A stretch of DNA of 60,974 nt, counting the filler, from Basidiobolus ranarum (taxonomy: Eukaryota): assembly GCA_040143965.1 (NCBI GenBank). It is 10 parts of 10 records of this genome, joined end to end, with 100 filler letters (N's around TTAATTAATTAA, not from the genome) between each part and the next. Parts side by side here need not be neighbours in the genome. Positions count along the whole stretch, not along the records: positions 48,885 to 54,881 come from JASJQH010001442.1; positions 54,982 to 60,974 come from JASJQH010001443.1; 8 more parts are not named here. One strand, written 5' to 3'. The notes beneath the pieces are model-generated. The model did no database searches and was not told the origin of the DNA. It saw only the letters and a program-made list of their open reading frames with translations. This document shows, one piece after another, positions 50,326 to 60,974 of this stretch. The first letter of the stretch is position 1. Every line of letters starts with the position of its first letter. Both the position numbers and the translations under genes were made by a program.

Positions 50326-50730
50326 TCAAGTAACCCAGTTACCTTTGCATTTCGCTGTTTCTCCTTTACCAGGCCAATTCTTCTTTGAAAACTTGGGATC
50401 AAATCGACGAGGAAGACCCTGCCGGTTGAATTTAACAGGCCATATCTTATTTCCCTTTTTCTCCAGCACTTTTAGCACTTCCAAAATCTTCGCTGATTCT
50501 GTATCTAGCCCGTAACAGCATGTATTTCGAGGGCATGTTGCAACTGTCTTAGCCAAATAGATAGTATCACCGTGGTAACATATTGCATTCAGGCCATTTC
50601 TTTGGAAAATCAGTCCTGGGTAATTTTCAGGAGTGAAAGGATTTTTCTGTGGACTATCAGAAGTGGTTTTTGCACTAGTCATGAGTGAAATACTGAGTGA
50701 AGTAATGAGGGGAATGAAGAAACGAATCAT
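50326..50730 (-). CDS. Small secreted protein, YPGL/CYHG family copy A2 (134 aa)
   Basis: Signal peptide; NPFTPENYPGLI, ICYHGD, IWPVK, WPGKGETAKC. Confidence 0.85.
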   Translation of the reverse strand: MIRFFIPLITSLSISLMTSAKTTSDSPQKNPFTPENYPGLIFQRNGLNAICYHGDTIYLAKTVATCPRNTCCYGLDTESAKILEVLKVLEKKGNKIWPVKFNRQGLPRRFDPKFSKKNWPGKGETAKCKGNWVT

Positions 50731-51781
50731 TATTACTGACAACTCTAGGTGACTCTCAGCTATGGTTGATACGCTTTTATGTTGATTTGCCTAACCCTCT
50801 ATTTTGTTTCATCTCTTTCATTTTGATCTCTCAGCTGTGAAAATGAAACGAAGCATCATATGAGAAATAGTTTTGTCTGGATCTATATGAGAATGGATCA
50901 AATCTATTTCTACGAGCAGCAGTAGTGGTATAATAAAATTTGTACCAACGAATACCACGTTTTAGATTTTCAGTAGATGTGACAAATTTCAGTTTTTTGG
51001 CTATTATGGCTATTGATTTACCTCACAGTGTAAGATAAAGTTAGTTGTATCTCAAAGATAATGGTAAATTTGTAATGAACGTACTATTATATTTCTTATG
51101 GTCAACAATTAATATTCTTAGATAGTAACTCTTCCACCAATTTATTTTTTACAAATGTATATAATTCATATCGAAGACATACCTGAGCGCATGGTGTAAG
51201 TTCTATTTCAGCCATAACGACGAGATCTCAAACATTCTTGCGTGTGGTACTAATGATAATTCATTACAATATCGGTAATACTGACCGGGCGTCTGTGACA
51301 ATGAATGAGAGAAATTCTAGAAATGAGGTTTAGTTGTGTTGATTTTTGGACGGAAATCAAATCCATGGAAATAGCCCAAGTAAAGGTCAGTCATGATACA
51401 CATATATGTGTTCATACATTAATCCATTAATCTTTCGTACGTTCGTCTGGGATCGCTCAGTGAGTGGGTTCGAATACCTCATTGATCACAATGATATTGT
51501 CCTTTGAGTGCTGTTGCGAAAGAGGTGGACAGAATACGTGAAGTGAAACAGTCCTCTTCGAACCTGAATAGATAATTTCTATACCTAAGTCGAGTGTTGT
51601 TATATTGCTGAAGTTTAAAAAAATCGTAGTTTTCTAAACCAACGGTGAAGTATGTAGCTTAGATTAATTATCACCATTCTTTATGACTACCAATGCTAGT
51701 GTATCCGTGAATGTAAATTTGGTATCTTTAATAAATACCAATGTTTCAGGATAAAACGATTAAAATTATTCATGCTTTAAG

Positions 51782-52044
51782 AAATGTTCACCGCATGGTT
51801 ATTCTCAACCGTCAAGATAGCATAGCCATCAACAAGTACGGAAAGACATAGAATATACGGTGACTCTCGGTCACAACCGAACTCGACCATAAATGATGTC
51901 GCTCAAGGTCGTTGACCGAGTAATTGCTCGATGATATGCCGGATAGAAATGTACACCACAATAGGCGAGCTCTCATGACAAGAGCTCCGTGTGCTTCATA
52001 GTACCGATAGAAAGTAGACCAAAGCCTAAAATCCACATCAACTG
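51782..52044 (-). ncRNA. U17/snR30-like snoRNA, copy 2
   Basis: Same motifs as copy 1; TATA spacing 34 nt; one 1-nt insertion. Confidence 0.8.
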
Positions 52045-52206
52045 ATTACACTGAGTAGACATGATGCCAGCTTATATACCCAAATTTCGCTACTATCCTA
52101 AAAATCGAAAAAAAGAAAACAAACGAGTAAAAAATCAGAGCTGATCATTTTCTTAAACATGCCTGATCTTGGAGTGAACCTGATCATAAGTGTAAATTTA
52201 ACCATT

Positions 52207-52531
52207 TCATGAGCAGGAACTATCACCTTTCCAGCCATATCCATGATTTTACTCTATTAGCTTTGCTTTTAAGACTAAATACCTCAATATCTGCTACCCT
52301 GTAGATCTGCCATGTAGATCAAATATATTATCTTTTGGATTAAAGTCATCTTTCTTTAGTTCAGCCAAGGTTTTCTCTATTTCTCTTTGGTCACTATCAA
52401 TATCCTATATCAGCTGGACAGTCTAATGAGGTTTCTGCCAAAAAGATAATTTCACCATGATAGCAAATGGCGTTCATTCCGCCCTCTTTAACAAGGAGCC
52501 CTGGATAGTTCTCTGGAGTATATGAGTTATT
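52207..52531 (-). pseudogene. YPGL/CYHG family copy A3, pseudogene
   Basis: SYTPENYPGLLVKEGGMNAICYHGEIIFLAETSLDCPADIG then a frameshift and stops; start codon and signal peptide are missing. Confidence 0.8.
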
Positions 52532-53227
52532 TTATGTATATCGGTGACAATCCCTTGTTGCATTGAAAATACACTTTGGAAGATAAATGTCCATAGGTCA
52601 AATTTGCACCACGATGACACAGCTAAACTTCAATTCTAGAATCTCTCACCCAATTATGTCTCATAGTGCATAACAAGCCATAGTATATGTGTGTATGTGT
52701 GTGGATACCTTAACCTAGAAACCTTTGTACTTCAGACTGAGTGAAGCGTCAGGGGAATAAGTATGTCTTGTCTCCCCAGTAATCACAAATATCATAGACC
52801 TGATCTAAATGGAGTAGAACTGCTATTGAATTGATATTGGTGAACTTAAAGCCCAGAGATGGTCCAGTAGTAAACGTTCAAAACATGAACGTCCTTGTCT
52901 AATTTGAGCGCCTCCAGTTATAGGTGAAATTGGCAAATGTCGATATCGTTGTACACCAATAAAGCATTAATCGTAATACAAATGTCCTTTAAACTCAAAT
53001 ACATGATTTCTATGGAGTGTTGATGTAAAGCTGAGGTCCAAAAAAATCAATAATTTTCTAAGCCACCAGTGAACCATGAAATTTGTGATGTCAATTATGT
53101 TTTCATTATATATAGGCTGATTTCCCTTTAACTTAATGATTATTTATGCTTAGTTAATCCGTGAATTGAAATCCGGCATCTTTCATTAGTACCCAAGGAT
53201 AAAGATATTAAGGTTTTAGATCTTGCT

Positions 53228-53489
53228 AAATGTACACCGCATGGTTATTCTCAACCGTCAAGATAACATAGTCATCAACAGTACGGAAAGACATAGAATA
53301 TACGGTGACTCTCTGCCACAACCGAACTCTACCATAAATGATGTCGCTCAAGGTCGTTGACTGAGTAATTGCTCGATGATATGCCGGATAGAAATGTACA
53401 CCACAATAGGCGAGCTCTCATGACAAGAGCTCCGTGTGCTTCATAGTACCGGTAGAAAGTAAGCAAAAGCTCGCAATCCACATCAACTG
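53228..53489 (-). ncRNA. U17/snR30-like snoRNA, copy 3
   Basis: Same motifs; ends GCGGUG-UACAUUU; TATA spacing 34 nt. Confidence 0.8.
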
Positions 53490-53912
53490 ATCAAACTACT
53501 GAGAGACGATGCCAGCTTATATACCCAAATTACCTATTACAGATCAAAAATCGAGAAAAAAAAGAAAACAAATGAGCAAAAAATCAGGACTGGCCATTAT
53601 CCTAGACGTAGATGGTTATTTCCATCATTGGTTAAGTGTTGTATTTCTATATTACGATTTGATCACGAATACAAAGTATGTTCATAACAACATTATGAGC
53701 CTCTTGAAGACAATATAATGGCTTAGTTATCATAGCATCTGAGTGTTTCTCCTTTAGTCCAATACCATTTCTTTGCCAGTTTTAGATCAACGTAAAGTGA
53801 TAGTGGTTGAGTTCAGTAGGCCGTAAGCTCGATTTTTTATTTACAGAGATTTGAACTGCTACACATAAAAACTGTGAGTTCTATGTGACACTCATGGTTT
53901 TAACACGAAAGT

Positions 53913-54344
53913 TTAGTCATCTTCGCATGTAGCTGTTTCTCCTTTTCCGAGCCAATCTTTTAATCCTGTGGATTGTGGATCGATTCGATGAGGAAAGCCA
54001 CTTTTTTCCGTCTTGGCAGGCCATACCTCATTCCCGTGGCTCTTGAGCTCTTTGAGTAAGGCCTGAATCTTCTTGAAATCCTTTTCTATCTCAAAGCAGC
54101 CTATATCTGTTGGGCATCCTGGATTTTTCTTAGCCAGTAAAGCAGTCTCACCATGATAACAAATTACATCATGGCCATTCTTGGTGATAATCAGCCCTGG
54201 GTAGTTTTTGGGAGTGAAGGGATTCTTATGTGGGTGACCAGATCGCGATTTCGGGTGAGAACTCCAAGACTTTGCGCTAACTAGTAGCGAAAGTGTAAGT
54301 AGTGTGAGTAGTGTGAGAAATAAGATGAAGGGTGGCCTTATCAT
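53913..54344 (-). CDS. Small secreted protein, YPGL/CYHG family copy A4 (143 aa)
   Basis: Signal peptide; NPFTPKNYPGLI, ICYHGE, CPTDIGC, VWPAK, WLGKGETATC. Confidence 0.85.
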   Translation of the reverse strand: MIRPPFILFLTLLTLLTLSLLVSAKSWSSHPKSRSGHPHKNPFTPKNYPGLIITKNGHDVICYHGETALLAKKNPGCPTDIGCFEIEKDFKKIQALLKELKSHGNEVWPAKTEKSGFPHRIDPQSTGLKDWLGKGETATCEDD

Positions 54345-54569
54345 TGTGTGATTTGGTAATCAATATTTGTCCCATTTATATCTTAATCTTATTTAGCTCA
54401 TACACCTTATTTTTTTCTACCTCGTTTCGTACTGTTCAAGCTGTGAAACAAAGAATCATATAAAGATCTATATGTACGTCACAGGAACTCAAAACGCTTG
54501 AGCAGCAAGTCCCACTAATAATTATAACACAGATAAGAAGAAGTGTTGCATAATTGTTGCTATAGTAAG

Positions 54570-54672
54570 AAATATTTACCGCAGAGTTATTTTCAGCCGT
54601 CAAGATAGCACAGTCTTCAACAGTACGGAAAAACATGGAATATACAGTGACTCTTAGCCACAACTGAACTCT
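54570..54672 (-). pseudogene. Partial, degenerate U17-like copy 4 (3' hairpin only)
   Basis: m1 retained as AUAUUCCA; m2 altered to UAACUCU; ACA box reads AUA; 5' domain absent. Confidence 0.65.
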
Positions 54673-55018
54673 TTTCTGGCACATTTATGAATCGCCACAC
54701 TCCAATATAGCTCTGTTTATAAGATTTCTCAAAAATGATTAGTGTAGAATCCCTTTCAGAAGCAAAAGTTACTGGTCAAGTACTTGACTTAGATCGTCCT
54801 TGTGCATAAAGCTCAGGCGATCCATTAACGTCTTGTGGATGGATTCATGTATTGATATATACTTTTTCTGATGACAATATGNNNNNNNNNNNNNNNNNNN
54901 NNNNNNNNNNNNNNNNNNNNNNNNNTTAATTAATTAANNNNNNNNNNNNNNNNNNNNNNNNNNNNNNNNNNNNNNNNNNNNATGTAGATTGTGTTAAATA
55001 AGGTCCCAGTAACATACA

Positions 55019-56400
55019 TTGCATGCCATTGGAATGGAAAAAATCCAAGTCAATTTAAATGGTGCCTCCAAAGAGAAAGTGTATACTTTTGAGGCTGTAC
55101 TACATGTTCCAGATATTGCCAAGAATATAATATCTGTATGCAAGGCCACCTCAGAAGGGCTAAAATTTAATTTTGATAAGCCAGGATGCACCATCACTGT
55201 TGAAAATGGGAGTTATTTAGCTTTGGGAGAAAAGGATCATAACTTATACAAACTTACATATAATCCAAGAGGTTTATGTGTAAATACTAGTTATTCCAGT
55301 CAACAAACTACTCAATTATGGTATAAGAGATTTGGCCATATTGGATTTGTTTATTGGAGCAAAATGATCAATAATTCCCTAATTTCAGGAATTCAAAATA
55401 ACCCCTCAACCAAAATGGAAATTTGTGAGGGTTATATATATGGAAAACCAGCCAGGCAAGCATTCAAGAGCTATGGTTTAATCAAATCTGTCAAAAAATT
55501 GGATCTAATTCATTCAGATTTGTGTGGACCTATGCAAAATTTATCTCTGGGCTGAAAAAGATATTTAATCACATTTATTGATGATTAAACAAAATACACT
55601 TGGGTCTACTTTATGGAAAAAAGTAGAAGCTCTCTCTATCTTCAGAGATTTTAAAACACTGGTGGAGACTGAAACTGGAACTAAAATCAAGAAAATGCAT
55701 ACTGATTATGGTGGAGAATATACTTCAACACTATATAAGTACTTTTGCAAGGTTCATAAAATTAGGCAAGAAACCACTGACCCCTATTCACCTCAACAAA
55801 ATGGAGTTACTGAGAGAGCTAACAGGTCTATAATAGAAATGGAAAGATCTATATTAAATGCACAAAATGTATCTCATAACTTTTGGGTAGAATCTGTTGC
55901 TACAGCTGTATATCTGAAGAATAGAAGCTTTACTAGAAGTCTGTCTAACTCTAAACCATAGCCAAAATTTCAAAGATAATCAAATCATGGGATGTTTGGT
56001 TTAATGAAAATAAAACATTTTCACCCAAGATGATCTCAGATGATGACAAAAATCAATTTTCTCCTGATCCAATCATTCAAATTGGTTCAAGCTAAATCAA
56101 TGAAGAAAATAGCATTCTTGTGGACCCTTTGACTATAATTCTGCCTATTGAAGTACCCAACACAATGGTAGAAGTTGTAGTATCTTTGTCCCAAACCAAG
56201 ATATCAAATCAGATCAGAAATAGCCCTGATTCCTATATCAACAAGTCCCAAAATTGGGCCTATGCCTGCACAGCTCAAATAAATGAGCCACAGACTCTAA
56301 AAGAGGCCCTGAATGGCCCTCACACAAAATTTTGGAGATCTGCAATGGCTGATGAGTACCAGGCTTTGATTGATAATCAACTTTAGATTTTAACCAACTT
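55019..56400 (+). mobile_element. Degenerate copia pol: pre-integrase, integrase and start of RT
   Basis: LDLIHSDLCGPM, TDYGGEY, PQQNGVTERANRSIIE, EPQTLKEAL; stops and frameshifts. Confidence 0.92.
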
Positions 56401-56423
56401 ACCCCTAACAGAAATATGAGGAT

Positions 56424-57170
56424 TGTTATTGTACAAAAACCATCACAATTTTAATCCATTTATGATTGACCATTTACTTGCCATCATCAAATTCTCAAGT
56501 TAGATTTGATTTCAATCAATTATTACAGTTTCAGGAGTGAAATTTCTTGATCTTGCAAAATAGTTGCACATTATTGGCTACAATTGCAGAGAACTATAGA
56601 TCAACACATGTGCAAAAAACATAACTCAAATTTTACACATTTACCATGTCAATGCTAATTTGTCACCTTTGAAAACCCTAGTTTCTTTAATATATTCTCC
56701 TGAATATTTTCATAGAGTTCTTCATACCCAAGGTTTAGCTCATATCCAACACAAGTTTGTATCAATATCTCCTTCAACACCCACCATTGTATTAACATTG
56801 TTGAATCTACTTTCTTCCAGCTATCTGGCAGATACCCTGCAATATTGTGCCACTCTTTATTAAGTTCTTTCCAGATATCTGCACAGTCAACACCAGACTG
56901 AATGTCAAGTTGAATGTTCTTCTTCTGAAGCCACTTTCTGCATACTTGCACTGCTTTTTTTGCTTCATACATTTGAGAATACTCCTCAAGCACTTTTACT
57001 ATTTTATACATCCTTGTAGTGTGGCACTACTGAGGGTGCTTTGTGGTGTTTGTGCAGCTTTTTGCTTGCCTTTAAGTTTTGGGCTAATTTCAACACTTTG
57101 AAAAGTACCAATTGAGGTTAGAGAGCCATGAGTTTTATTTGCTGGTGTTTTGGCTTGTTGAAAGGTGCCA
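56424..57170 (-). mobile_element. LTR-like repeat, family 3, second copy, truncating a copia protease
   Basis: TG...ACA ends on the minus strand with an internal TATAAAA; abuts WYTDSEA. Confidence 0.7.
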
Positions 57171-58378
57171 GGTGCTTCAGAATCAGTATACCATGTCTGA
57201 GAATCCTTGTTGGTAGTCATAGATAGAGAAGATATAAACAGGTGGTCTTCTTTTGTACCACATTTCCAGAATCAGTACATCTTTCTTCTTTAGCAATTCT
57301 TTTAATGCAATCTTTGCTAAATGGCCAGTTCTTTTACAGTAATCACAGAATGTGTTACTTTTCTTCTTAAAGTGCTTTCAACCTTTATAGGAAGGTTTCC
57401 CATAGCCTATAAAAGCATTTTCTTTGTTCTTTTGGTTGGATCCTGATTGGCTTAGATCTTCATCCAGAAGTCTGCCAAATACATAATTGAAGGTCAAATT
57501 TTTGGTTTGTGATTCTAGAGCCATTACTAAGCACTGAAACTCATGTGGCAGGCTATTCAGGACTGTAACTATGCTATCTTGATCAGTGGTAGGTACTCCA
57601 ATGCATTCCATTTCATCCACTAAAATAGTGACACTATCAATTAGTGGTTTAATGTCTTCTCCTAGCTTCATCTTTAGGTAAAAGAATTGTCTTCTTAGAA
57701 ACATCTTGTTGGCAGAAGAACTTATTTGGTAGGTGTCTTCCAAGGCTTTCCACACCTTCTTGGCAGTTTTAGTTCTTGAACATTGAATTAGCAATTTGTC
57801 TTTAACATTAAGACAGATTTTATTACAGGCACTTTGTTTGTTTTTAACCTGGAGTAAACTTTGGTTTCAGATAGTTTTGCATTGTCTTCATCTCTTACAA
57901 CAGTGTACCAAAGTCCTTTTTCTTGCAGCAGCATTTTCATTTTAATTCTCCACACTTCATAATTGGTTCCATCCAATTTTTCAGAAGAGAGAAAAGTTCC
58001 ATAAATTTGAGAAGTAGACATTGCAGAGAGTGCAAGCTCAGGGCCCATACCCTGTTGGTAGTGGTTTGGAGAATTAGAGGAATTGGTGGTTTTAACTTGT
58101 CAATTTATTGAGTAGAAAGTTGACATATATAGTCTTGTCAAGTTGTAAACAAACTGACATATAGAATGTGTTAAAGAAGGTCCCAGAAACATGTGTGCAA
58201 AGTTTGGGGCTTCTAGTGCAAGTTTGAAAAATCTCTATCTCTGAGAACTTCTAAGTTGGCAAAAATATTCAAAGTAAATTCCAATTGAGAATAATGGATG
58301 ATATCGTATTGAATTTTAAGATAACTAGTACTAAGCTATATATGACTCTATGGATGTTTGGCAATGCTAATTTCAACA
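57171..58378 (-). mobile_element. Copia 5' end: LTR (58053-58378), PBS (58039-58052) and decayed gag-protease
   Basis: TGTTG...CCAACA, then GGGTATGGGCCCTG; EKLDGTNYEVWRIKM, VLNSLP, CDYCKRTGHLAKIA zinc-knuckle remnant, WYTDS. Confidence 0.93.
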
Positions 58379-58499
58379 AATACAACATTAAAATCCATGA
58401 TTTTACTGTCAAGTCCCCAGTGAGATTTCAACATACTCACTGATATCAATTCACCACATAGTCAGTCTAACATCAAACTTGGTATTAGCCATAAGCCTA

Positions 58500-59620
58500 A
58501 GATTATATTGCTAAAGGGGAACAGCTGGAGTCAGAGCTTCCCATTAGGCACTATGCACTTACTATTCAACAACATTACAATACTACTTAGCTGTATAATG
58601 GAAAATTGCATATGAAAGAGCCATTTGAGATAGGATCAAAGTTTGAATCAATTGGGAAAATGCTTGAAAACACCAAGTTACCATCATATTTTACCAGGAA
58701 TCCCATCAATATCCACTCATCTAGGCATTTATTCAAATGCAAAGACAGGAAGTATTGGATTTGTATATATTCAAGTGGAATCTTAACAAGATTTCCATCT
58801 GATAAATATTGGCAACATTGGGAATTGATTGTGGATATTGTTAATATGTTCTTATGGCATCAACTTGTTGAAGTTTATTATCTTTATCATATTTGTTATC
58901 TCTATCCTTATAGACTTAACTATTTCATATATCATATATAAGTTAGTCAAGATTACTTAGTCAAATATCACTTAACTGCAAATTGGAACAAATCTTATAT
59001 ATATGTGAATAATGTAAGAAATATCAATTCCACATTGAAAACTTCAAACTTGCCCAAATTGCCCCAAAGCTAGCTCATTTTACTCCCACAGATGTTCTGA
59101 ATGCAGCCCCAGTGTTAGTTTTCTGTAGTTCCACCAAAATGTATAAATGCCTAGTTTATGAACAATAAACAATTATCTTACAAAAGCTATTCACAACTCC
59201 ACTTTTCTAAAGTTCCTCCAAACAGCCCATATTTTCCCATTACAACTCACATTGGCAGATCTCAGGCTGATACAGCAATTGTGTAAAGATTTTGTAATTG
59301 GATACAAAAATTTTATTATAGGCTTAAAGAAGATAGACTGAATCTATGCCAGTATTTAATATATTCCCTGTTGCATCTTTCACAATGCTTAGAAATTATA
59401 GGCCCCTAATATTCATTCTGGAGTTCCCAATGGAGCACACCTGTGGGGAAATGATGCTCCATATGAAATCATCAGTATTACCATATGCTTATCTGTTTAT
59501 AAATGTTTCAGCAAAATCAGTGATGGATGTAATGCAATGGGTTAAGGAGACTCCAGATCATACCAACATTCCAACAAAAGGCTCCTTTCAATGTGGTCAC
59601 AGTTTTCACATTGTTTAAGC
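58500..59620 (+). mobile_element. Probable CACTA/EnSpm-type transposase remnants
   Basis: LPSYFTRNP...WICIYS...YWQHWELIV and FPMEHTCG...KSSVLPY resemble motifs of that superfamily. Confidence 0.5.
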
Positions 59621-60099
59621 ACAATAACAGCACCAAAAGCCAATATATGGACACAGAGTGGGTACCTCTATAATCTGAACTAGTTTGTAAGTGTAATAAT
59701 CCTTGTTGTTCACCAACATACAAAGTTGTAACTTGCATCATATCTATACAACTTGCATGAATATCTGTTTAGTTTATCATCAATGCAAACTAATCAACTG
59801 ACCTTATCCAGTGACTTTATCATGCAACTTATCACATAATTAAATATCTATTCTCTTATCTCTTCTAACAGATCATATGACCAATCACATGAACATTATC
59901 CAATCAGTATTAACCCCTTAGTCATCTGCCTAGACACAATTCAACATGAGTTGCAAGATACAAAACCAATGATCTTTCACTGCCAAGACTTCAGCTGATA
60001 CATGACTCACATATCTATCCATCTCTCTATCCAATCACATTGTCTTTTATCAGAATTAGTCATCTATTATCTTGGTGCTGACTAATTTACTTTGCAATC

Positions 60100-60440
60100 A
60101 AAAAGTATAAATAAAGCTAACTGAACCTTTTGGTTTAGGGTGTGTCTCAACAAATTTAGGATCTCAACACTTCTCAGTGTGTCTTCACAAATTCAATATT
60201 CCTCTCACATTTCTATTCAAGCCTAGTATGCACTAGCCTCTACAGAACATCAAGCCTAGCTGCCTAGCAAACCTACTCTCCACTGTAACATAACAACCCA
60301 CTGCTATTCCCAAGACATATATTAGTTAATCTGCTCTGCCAATATGTCCTGCTTAAACAGTTCTAAGATTCTGCACTTAACTGCTTCTTTGGTTCAGTAA
60401 AGTTCAAGACTTTTTATCCACTTTTCTCTTAGACATAACA
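60100..60440 (+). mobile_element. LTR-like repeat, family 2; 5' boundary uncertain
   Basis: TATAAATA at ~60106; homology to 10568-10827; ends CATAACA. Confidence 0.65.
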
Positions 60441-60866
60441 ATCTTTCAGTACTTTTAGGAAAGCAGCAAGACAGTCTTCTTAGTGTGATAGATTGAGATA
60501 CTCAGTATTTTTGTTTTTGCCATGGGGTAATCTATTCAAGCAATGACACATATACTTGTGGCAGGAAAATTGTTGCAGCAAGACAGGGATATTATGGCTG
60601 AATTCTGTATAGGAATTTGCCAAAATGCAAGAGCTAATTCTCACTGTGAATGGTAACAAGTGTCAGCTATTTGCCAAGTGTTGGTGCTATTCAAAACTTC
60701 AGATGTTTAGCAATTTTTCCACTGTAAGTTTACTGGTAAAGCATATTGGAGTTGTTCCATTGTGCCTGGATTTATTGGACCTTGGATCAGTATATTGGAG
60801 TAAATTTGATTGAGATTAATAATGCCTGAGGGTGCTGAATAATGCCAAATTGTGGCACATAAATTT

Positions 60867-60974
60867 TGTTGAAATTAGCATTGCCTAAACACCTATATAG
60901 TCATATATAGCTTAGTACTTAGTTATCTTATAATTCACTAAGATATTATCAATTATTCTCAATCGGAATTTACT
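60867..60974 (+). mobile_element. Copia LTR, family 1, cut by the window end
   Basis: TGTTGAAATTAGCATTGCCTAAACACC start. Confidence 0.85.

Noticed and set aside
51449-51482. GGGTTCGAATACC T-loop-like motif
   Set aside because: No cloverleaf can be built around it
51972-51976. Shared in-frame TGA in copies 2 and 3 as selenocysteine or readthrough
   Set aside because: It aligns to Arg, not Cys, and copy 2 is also frameshifted
56655-57011. 118-aa ORF inside the family-3 repeat
   Set aside because: The frame is not preserved in the 40381-41124 copy and has no recognisable domain

Overview
This window is not one locus. It is ten unrelated ~6-kb contigs sorted by decreasing length (6022 to 5993 bp), joined by nine identical 100-nt N44-TTAATTAATTAA-N44 linkers, so adjacency across a linker carries no information. 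The DNA is AT-rich and eukaryotic, with 50-80 nt GT-AG introns and many Ty1/copia relics. Gene content suggests an early-diverging fungus, possibly Basidiobolus-like (inference only). Ordinary genes: SAP30-like, alpha-arrestin, HSL-family hydrolase, NmrA-like SDR, secreted tyrosinase, POT/PTR2 transporter 3' end (missed by the ORF track) and a GPI-anchored repeat protein. Most notable: (1) contig 9 is a tandem array where three full and one partial U17/snR30-like H/ACA snoRNA genes alternate with four members of an unrecognised small secreted cysteine-protein family; (2) a Fanzor (eukaryotic TnpB) remnant lies next to a Tc1/mariner-type end, with a candidate omega-RNA interval between them; (3) an intronless, secreted, bacterial-type GH129-like glycoside hydrolase shares a contig with a fungal-type transporter; (4) a bacterial-style NRPS fragment joins a condensation-domain motif in frame to half a thioesterase; (5) a BCAT gene carries a single nonsense codon, and a group XII PLA2-like protein lacks its catalytic His. 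All family calls come from remembered motifs, not database searches.
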